From the NCBI RefSeq assembly GCF_009914755.1, contig NC_060941.1: a stretch of DNA of 64,000 nucleotides; one strand, given 5' to 3'. The notes below the pieces were generated by a model. That model searched no databases. It saw nothing but the letters and a program-made list of their open reading frames with translations, and was not told where the DNA came from. Numbering within the stretch: position 1 is the first letter of the stretch; every line of letters starts with the position of its first letter. Origin of the DNA: the human T2T-CHM13v2.0 reference genome, Homo sapiens. The translations under genes and the position numbers were made by a program. Below are positions 39,769 through 64,000 of the stretch, piece after piece.

Positions 39769-42216
39769 GATTATTTTTCACCCCATAGATAAAGTCACTG
39801 TGTCTCCAGGTTTTTCCGTTGAAATCTTCCTCATAGGAGACTGCCTTGGGGTATAGCTGTGGCCTCCACCCCAATGGCCAGATCCTCTTAATATCTGGCC
39901 TCCCACGGGTTCCCAGCTCCTGCCACCAGCCTGCATAATGGCCTCCCTCCAGCACCGAGATTGATGGCGGTGCCGCTGCCCATTAGCCTCCAGTGGTGCC
40001 CAGTGGCTCGCCACATGCAATGCTGCATTCCCTGCCAGCTCAGCCCCTCTGAAATCTGCCCCTACTTCCATTCTTCCACCTCAGCACACACTGGGCCTAG
40101 GGAGACGAGGCACCCTAATTTCTCCCTTTCTCCCAATTCAAATTCTGCCCCTGCTTCAAGCCCAACTCATGTCCCACCTCCCCCTTGAAGACCTCAGGGA
40201 CTCCCCCTATATGAACATCCACAGCAGGAGCTCCTTCCTCAGCAGGGGTCTGCACATCCTACTATGGCTGGGGATGGAGGGCCCTTTGGGAACCAGTGGA
40301 TGAGATGAACCCAATCAGCCGGTCCTGAGGCAGATGGACCTGGTGTCTCATCCTTCCCTGTGGGTTGGAATCCAAATGCCTGCAGGACCAGTGAGCAGAG
40401 AAAAGCTAAGGAAGAAGAGTGGGCAGGGACCGTGGCCAGTGGGAAACTCATGTTTGTCTGATGGGGACAGTGGTGACCCAGCTATCACTGTGACCAGATC
40501 TTCTGATTTTTCAGCAGAAACCAGACATCTTCTAATATTTAAACGTTGGCAAGTGATTCAACTTGAAAAACAAACAGAAAAACCTTGCCAGCTGATCAAA
40601 ACACATCTGCAGATCAATCATGGCCCTCGGGCCTCTGTTTGCATGGCATGGTGAAGAGCACAGCCTCCCGGTTTGATCTCGGCTCTGCAGTTCACTCTGT
40701 GGTTGGCCGTTTTCCTTCCTTGGCCTCAATTTCCCCCTTTGTGGGCAGCAGGTCTCAGTGGCCCCTTCCAACCCATACCCCTGTGCAGTGTTGGCTCCCG
40801 GCTGTTAGTCACCGTGTATTCCCGACCCCCCAGCTTTGGGACCAATATTGTTAACATCTACTACCCGGACGATACGGCAGTGAGCAGGGACTCAGAGCTC
40901 CAGGCCTGGGTCAGGGAGATCTTCCAGGAGGGTTTTCCAAGCCAAATGCTCTCAGAGGTGGCGTCCACTGCCCCAGGGCAGCAGCCTCTTGGGTCTCAGC
41001 TCTGTTCTCTCTACCCTACTCCCATCTAGGGGGTCCCCTCCACCCTGGGCCACTGTGCTGGGCTCATCCGGTGTTTCACGACGATCATCGTCACCTGCTC
41101 AGCCCAACATGCTGCCATCAACAGCAGCCAGGTGAGCCACTGCCAGACCAGGGGGACAAGCAGGGTCACGGGAGGAGCAGCCCTAGCAGCACTGGAAGCT
41201 CTGTACTGAGTTTGCGGGGGTCGGTCTGAATTCAGTGACTGGATCCCCAATATTCCTATCATCCTGTGGCTTGCCCTGCCCACCGCCAAGGGCCAGACAG
41301 AACAAGCAGCCTCACTCCCTGCGGTCGATGCCACACACCACCCCCTGCTGCTCCTGTGGGGGGTCAGCAATGGAACCAAGGCCACCATAAGCAAGGCCCA
41401 GGTGGGGATGGCTGGGGTCTCAGCTTCTAGAGAGTGGGAACATTGAGGAAGGGATCCTGGGGACAATGGCTACTAGGAGGATGCACTTAGCTTAGCAGGC
41501 TGGGCTCCTAGGTGGCAGGGCTTGTGGCCACTAGGTTGCTGGTGGGTGTGGTTTAGGGTGCTGTGGATTCCTAGTAGGGGGAGTTTAGAGTGGTCTGGGC
41601 TTCAGAGTGAGCCGGGCTTGGGGTGGTCTGGGTTTCTTGTGGCCCGCAGTCTTTTGTCTAGGTGGGCGGGTGTTTTATGTTTCAAGTTGGATGGGTCTGG
41701 AGTGCTCCAGGACCCCTACGTGGGCTGGGCTTGGGTGGACTAAGTCCCCTGGGAGGGAGACTTAAGCTGGAACAGAATCGTTGTGGGCTGAAAATGCAGC
41801 CGGCCAAGGTCCCAGCCTTTCGGTCTCCCCTCCTGGACACCTACCCAGAGGAGCACTTCACCGAGAAGGCCCCGCGGCAGAGCCGCCTGGCCCAGATCTC
41901 GGCGGACGTCCTGGAGTGGAGCCGGGGCCTGGCGCTGCCCTACTCCTACCTGAACCCCGCGGCCGCAGAGAACGGAATCGCGGTGAGAGCGCGCGGCACA
42001 GCCTGCACCTGCACCCCGCGGCGCCAGCCCTGCCGCCAGCGCCCCAGTAACTTGCCGCGCGCATTCACAGCCAGACCCAGGGAAAGGAAGGTTTTTTGTT
42101 TTTTTGTTTGTTTGGTGTTTTGGTCTCTGAGGTTTTTGTGTTTTTTGCTTGTTTGTTTTGTTTTGTTGAAAATAGTAGGGCACAGAATGGGGAGAGGAGA
42201 GACGGGAAGCGCGCTC

Positions 42217-56904
<14,688 letters not shown>

Positions 56905-57149
56905 TCAGGAGGCAAGAGGGGCACTCAGTCCCAGACACCGTGGAGGGGCCACACGAAGGCCCAAGGCAGGCAAGAGAAGCCAGGCACAGAGTGGAGTGGA
57001 CAGGGCTGGCCTCCGAGGTGCAGTGGTGAGGTGGCGAGGTGGGGTGACTGGGCCTGCCAGCCAAATTCTGGAAAAGCTGCTGCCCTTGGTGGCCGGGGTG
57101 GGTGCCGGGCAGGCCCAGGCGGAGCCCAGCTGGTGGTGAGTGAGCAGGT

Positions 57150-57480
57150 GTCTGGGCTCCAAGCCTTCTGGGAGCTGGTGGGGAGGAAGAGCAGGCAGGG
57201 CACTGGGCCTGCCTCTGAAAGGGCGGATAGAAGATGCCGTGGATGAAGGCGCCTTCAGGGTGGGGGAGCCAGTCCAGCCTGAGCCAGGGCCCTAGGGAAG
57301 TTGCGGGAGGGGGCAGGGTGTGGTCCCCAGATCTTTATCAGACTAATAAGCTCCTTCCTCCTGCCAGTCCCCATTGGCTACAGTGCCAGGCACCCCTACT
57401 AAGCAGGGCCATGGGCAGTGAGTGACTTGCATTGGTTCTGAGGCCACTGGTGGGCGGGGGAGGGGAGGGGGAGGGGCACT
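57150..57480 (-). promoter_or_regulatory. ALOX12B putative proximal promoter
   Basis: CCAAT motifs on the minus strand (~57373, ~57431) and a GC box (~57452) upstream of exon 1. Confidence 0.45.
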
Positions 57481-57834
57481 AAGTGGCAGCGCAGCTGGCC
57501 AGCCTCCAGGCCATTCCTCTCTGGGAAATGGGACAGGTAGTGGCCACAGTGAGAAAGCTGGCCTGTCCTTCTGCCCCAGGGCCCAGAGTCTGTGACTGGA
57601 AGGGTGGGAGGTGTTGAAGCTAGGGCTCGGGGACCACATGGGTGCCCAAAGGCCTGAAGATGCTGCGGGGAGGAACGATCAGGGTAGGAGAAGGGGATCT
57701 GTTGCTTCCTGTGGGGCCAGGATCCACTGGTGAGGGATTGGAGTTGGATATAAAATCAGAAGACCAAAAAAAAAAAAAAAAAAACTAAATTAGAAGACAG
57801 AGTGAAATCTGGGGCATAAGAATTAAGTTAAATA

Positions 57835-58141
<307 letters not shown>

Positions 58142-59536
58142 TTAAATAATGGATTAATATGATCAATATTTTGTGGTATAATCATAAAATAGAATTCTAC
58201 CCAGGAATAAAAAGAATGAACTGCAATGCGGATGAGTCTCACAAAGATGATATTGAGCAAAAAGAGCCAGACATTAAAGGGGATACGTTCTGTTATCCAT
58301 TGATAGGAACTTCCAGAACCAGCAAAACTGAGCAATTCTCAGACAACCTCTACTGGTGAGTATCCCTGGCAGAGGGAGGCCATATAGGCTGCTGGAGGTG
58401 TTCTTATCTTGATCTGAGGGGCGTCTAGGGTACTTCATTCATTTCATTATGTGTTATCCTTTAATTTCATAAAGTACATACCCTCACTTCCCTCCCAAAA
58501 AAGAATGAAGCTAGGAAGAGGGCTGGAGGCAGGGCTGAGCTCCAGTGGAACTGTGTTTGTTGGGAACCAGGTCGTTCCTCCCTCAGATATGTAGTGAGCA
58601 CGGTGCACGGCGTTCTAGGCACTGCAGAGGCAGAGAAGAAATGAAACATACATGGAGCTTACGGAATAGCTGGGAAAGAAGTGAAAGAAACAGTAAACAA
58701 GAATTTGTTCACTATAATTTTGGATACTAAGTGCTCTGAAGAAAATAAGCGTGGGAGGTTGGGATTGGGAACTAGTTGCTGATAGAATCACAGAAGTCAG
58801 AGCCGCAGGATAGGGAGAAGGTGTTAGGAGTAAGGTGAAGAGCATTATGAGAGAGTCAGAGATAGACTCTCCAAAGATAGGATTTGGGACCCAGGGAGAG
58901 TGAGGAGGCAGGCACGTTCCTATTCCCTTTTTCTGGACCTGTCCTCTTTCCTTTCACCTCCGAGGAGCAGCTTCTGTCAACCAGGAAGCATAGCCCTGCT
59001 TTCCTCCCTGATGGCACGCTTCCATCACCATCGAAGGAAGGTCATTCAATGCCCAGGCCAAGTTAGGGTCAGAGGGGGCTGGGATTGTGAGATGAAGAGA
59101 AGGTTCCAGTAGGTTCCAGACTGGATGTGGAATGGGGTCGAAACTGCAATTCAGGTTTAGGTTAGAGACACAGATGTGGCTGGAGTTGGGGATTGAAATG
59201 ATCTTTTCCAGACCCAAATCTGTTCACATCACTCTCTATGTTCCCTCCTCCCAACCCTGATCAAGCCTGGCAGTGGCTCCTCTTTACCTTTGGGACAGTG
59301 ACACCATCCCCTCCCGTGGCCCCCACGGCTTGCCTGATTGGCTTCACCCCTCACATTCCCCTTTGCTCTCTTCTGTCTGGGACCACGTGCCTTTCATTCA
59401 TTCATCAACAGACACTGGCCGAACCCCTACTGTGTGTTCAGCGCTGTGTCAGGTCCTGAAAATACAATGCGATCAAAGCAAACCCCTGCACCCATGGAGC
59501 TTGCCTTCAAGTGAGGGAAGCAGACAATATTACCTA

Positions 59537-59920
<384 letters not shown>

Positions 59921-61267
59921 AGGAGGATATTTTAGATACAGAGTGGCCAAGGAGGGCTCCTTGGGAAGAAGACTTTTGAGTAAAGACCTGAAGGAAGTGA
60001 AGTCAGCTCGTCACCATCCCAGGGCCTTGGCACATGCTGTTCCCTCTCTACCTCTCAAACTGAGGTCACGTTTCCTCTTCCTCCTGATCTTAGCTCAATA
60101 ATTGCTTTTTCCAGGAAAGCCAAATTTCACTATACATGGCTCTCACAGCACTATAGCTAACATCTTTGATTGATGTCTGTTTTCTCTAATAAATTAGTCC
60201 ATACTTTTTTTTGGTTTTGTCCCCATCTCCTGGTGTCATACTTGGTACCTGGGAGACACCGAAAACATAGTTGAATGGGTTAATGACAAGGACAAGGTCA
60301 GGGCTGGGGATTGAATCGATGATGGCTTTGGAGTTATGGTGAAGATCCGAAGAGAGCTGACTTGGGCTCAGGGTGAGAGAAGGGGCAAGGCGTGGTGTAG
60401 GGGAGGGAAAGGGGTTGGGTGGGGAGGGAGGGAGGAGAGGGGAGAAGGCTGAGGATGAGGGTTGTGCCCAGCTCTGGGTGGCAGGGCTGGCTGTCCTGGG
60501 CTGCAGACAGAAGCCGTCCAGCTGGATCTCCCCCCTGGGATCTCCCTCCTCAACCACCTCGATGACTCTTGGAGGATGCTGGGAGCCTGAAGATGCAAAT
60601 CTTAAGATGCAAATTCCATGCAAATTCTCCCAGCTTCCTCTTTCTAATCTCTCCCCTTTGCCCTGTGTCCCCAGGGGGCTGCTGAGGCTTGGTGAGAAGC
60701 AGGGCAGTGGACTGGGCAAACTGAGTCATATCCTGCTACCAATAGGTCTCCTCCAACCCAAATCCCAGGGTGGCCCTGGGTTTGCTCAGGGCTCCAGTGT
60801 GGAGTGGGAATTAGGTTCCTGAGGGAGACAGAGATGGAGGCAGGGATGCTGAGGATGTCATTGTGGCTGGGGCAGGGACAGGGACGGGATCAGGCATGAG
60901 GATGTAGATGGGGCACTCCCCAGCTATGACCAAAACGTAGACGCGTGACTCTTGATAGGTGCTCATTGGGCTGAAGAACTGGTTCTCCTGGACCAGGGGC
61001 GGGAGCCAGTGAGGAGGAGAGGTTTCTGGGAAGGATTCACACTCACTGGGGTTGCTAACTAGGGGCCATCCACACAGGAAGCTGAGTTCTCACTGCTGGG
61101 GTATCCCCCGTGCCTGACCCCACCCCAAGCCCTGCAAGGCAAGGAGCAACTAACTCCTGGGGACCCACTCTCCTAAGACACAGAGAAAGAAAAATCAAAT
61201 CACGCCACTCCCCTGCTTAAAGTTCACCAGAGCTTAAAATGGGGTTGTCCGTAGAAATGAATCCAAG

Positions 61268-62095
<828 letters not shown>

Positions 62096-62989
62096 TAAGC
62101 GTGTGTTGTTCATGTCATCCAGGTCTCAACTCTAGTGTCACCTCCTCAGAGTCCCTCCCTGACCACCGTCCCTCATGTTTCCCCGCCCTCCGCCCTCCAT
62201 CATGCTACCCTGCCACCTGGTTGTATCTCCAACTGCACTTGCCACCGCCCAAAAGGATCTTTATCTGTTTATTGATGCGTTTATTGTCTGTCTCTCCAGC
62301 ACCCATAAGAAGGGTGAAAGAAGGGGTTGTGCCTGGGGAGCTCACAGCTGCTCTCCCAAAATCTAGAACAGCATCTAGGCAGACAAGAGCCACGAAGCAA
62401 AGCGATGCTAGGATGTCAACGCTGGAAAGGGCTTTTCAGGTCTTCTCGTCCCACTCATGTATCTGACAGGTTGGGACCACTGAGGCCGAGGGACTTGCTC
62501 AAGATCAGCTGGGGAAGGAGGCTGGTGTGCTTCCCATTATACCAGTTGACCTTTTAGACTGACCAAAAAACAGTGGAGGGCAGAGTGTAAGCTGAGGGGA
62601 GCTCCTGACCTCACAGGGCTCCAGAAACTTGATGTGAGCCTCCTCCCCATGTCCTGTCCCCAGAGTCAGGGCAGGACATCCTAAGTGTACCAGGTGTGTC
62701 TGCCCAATAAATCTCTTTCCAAGCTGCCTTTCTGGAAAACCAGATTCCAATGACCCGCCCTGGTCCCTCCCTCTCCTGCTCAGGGGCATTTTTCAGGATA
62801 GGCATGCCTACTAATGCTGCCTTTGTGGAGGCCCAAGGAGTGTTCATCCTCTTGGGGGACAGGGTGCCTGAGCATGCCCATGCCCTTTTCACTGCTGCTT
62901 CCAACCCCAGGGTCAAAGGGGCCTGCACTGCGCACCCAACAATAATACTGGCAGCTGTCACTTACTGAGGAGCTATCACGTCTCTGTCA

Positions 62990-63417
<428 letters not shown>

Positions 63418-63468
63418 TCAAAGGGGCCTGCACTGCGCACCTAGCCTCAGCCTCACCCTCACCCCTGG

Positions 63469-63487
63469 TGGCCACAAGGGGGCGCCC
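63469..63487 (+). promoter_or_regulatory. Candidate CTCF site
   Basis: tggccacaagggggcgccc closely matches the CTCF core consensus TGGCCACCAGGGGGCGC. Confidence 0.6.
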
Positions 63488-63678
63488 CTGAGTATTTCTT
63501 AGTCCTTTGATTTGTTCTACAGTGAACAAAACTGGTGATTTGGGATAAGTCCTTAGGTTGCAATCTGCATGTGAGATATCTGCAAACACACCTCTTTAGC
63601 ACAGTGGTATGAGGATCCTCTTCTCCAAGGATCACAGATGCAGAAAGTGAAAATTCAACAGCCAAAGACAGCCTTCCC

Positions 63679-63724
63679 CAACACACACACAGACACACAC
63701 ACACACACACGCGCGCGCGCGCGA
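63679..63724. repeat. (CA)n(CG)n alternating purine-pyrimidine tract
   Basis: acacacacacagacacacac...gcgcgcgcgcgcg. Confidence 0.9.
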
Positions 63725-64000
63725 GCAAAGGGAGAAGTGGTTTGGTTGACAACAGAGAAGATTCTTGGGCTGGGATGTAATGGGACAGTTGGCCGCCCCA
63801 GAATTTCAATATGCCAGGGCTTTGGGATGGCAATTTAGTTAGGGAGGAAATGTGGTTAGGCGTGGAGCTCTTCGTGGAGCTGCGGTTGTACTGAAAACAC
63901 ATGTTGTTTTCTTTTCTTTTCTTTTCTTTTTTTTGAGATGGAGTCTCTGTCACCAGGCTGGAGTGCAGTGGCACGATCTCGGCTCACTGCAATCTTCGCT

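Larger units (their letters stand above)
33383..41990 (+). pseudogene. Unprocessed lipoxygenase pseudogene (possibly the locus annotated as ALOXE3P1; symbol not verified)
   Basis: Colinear decayed exons homologous to ALOX15B exons: ex2 ~33383-33660 (EDLQVTLPEDSGQVLLLRLHKA...YQWLEGAG), ex5-like 34361-34461, ex6 36605-36790 (FFAS..FLNDLNSILIHCCH*LPKNFLVTDAM), ex7 ~37312-37462, ex8 38539-38741 (DWFLAKTWV*), ex9 ~38810-38895, ex10 39009-39164, ex11 40834-40957 ([22 protein letters not shown]), ex12 41030-41131 (TCSAQHAAINSSQ), ex13 ~41225-41390, ex14 ~41824-41985 ([27 protein letters not shown]). Multiple stops and frameshifts; exons 1, 3 and 4 not found. Confidence 0.93.

Overview
Primate (human-like) genomic DNA from the epidermal lipoxygenase cluster, consistent with chr17p13.1. 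It holds two intact genes: ALOX15B (+ strand, 14 coding exons, 8574-17999, 676 aa) and ALOX12B (- strand, 15 coding exons, 56895-42217, 701 aa). Between them lie an old, defective HERV-K (betaretrovirus-like) provirus at ~25625-33350, with a nested Alu and LTR7, and an unprocessed lipoxygenase pseudogene at ~33383-41990. The provirus has no 3' LTR; its env runs directly and in frame into pseudogene exon 2. The rest is rich in Alu, L1, LTR and DNA-transposon sequence. The most unusual signals are: (1) an ALOXE3-like exon fragment plus Alu in ALOX12B intron 8 that could form a 150-nt in-frame cassette exon; (2) the env-lipoxygenase fusion junction; (3) the mosaic ALOX15B-like/ALOXE3-like pseudogene; (4) copies of the ALOX15B exon-6 splice acceptor inside intron 11; and (5) several other small, locally templated insertions. 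No new biological system can be proven from sequence alone; these are testable hypotheses.
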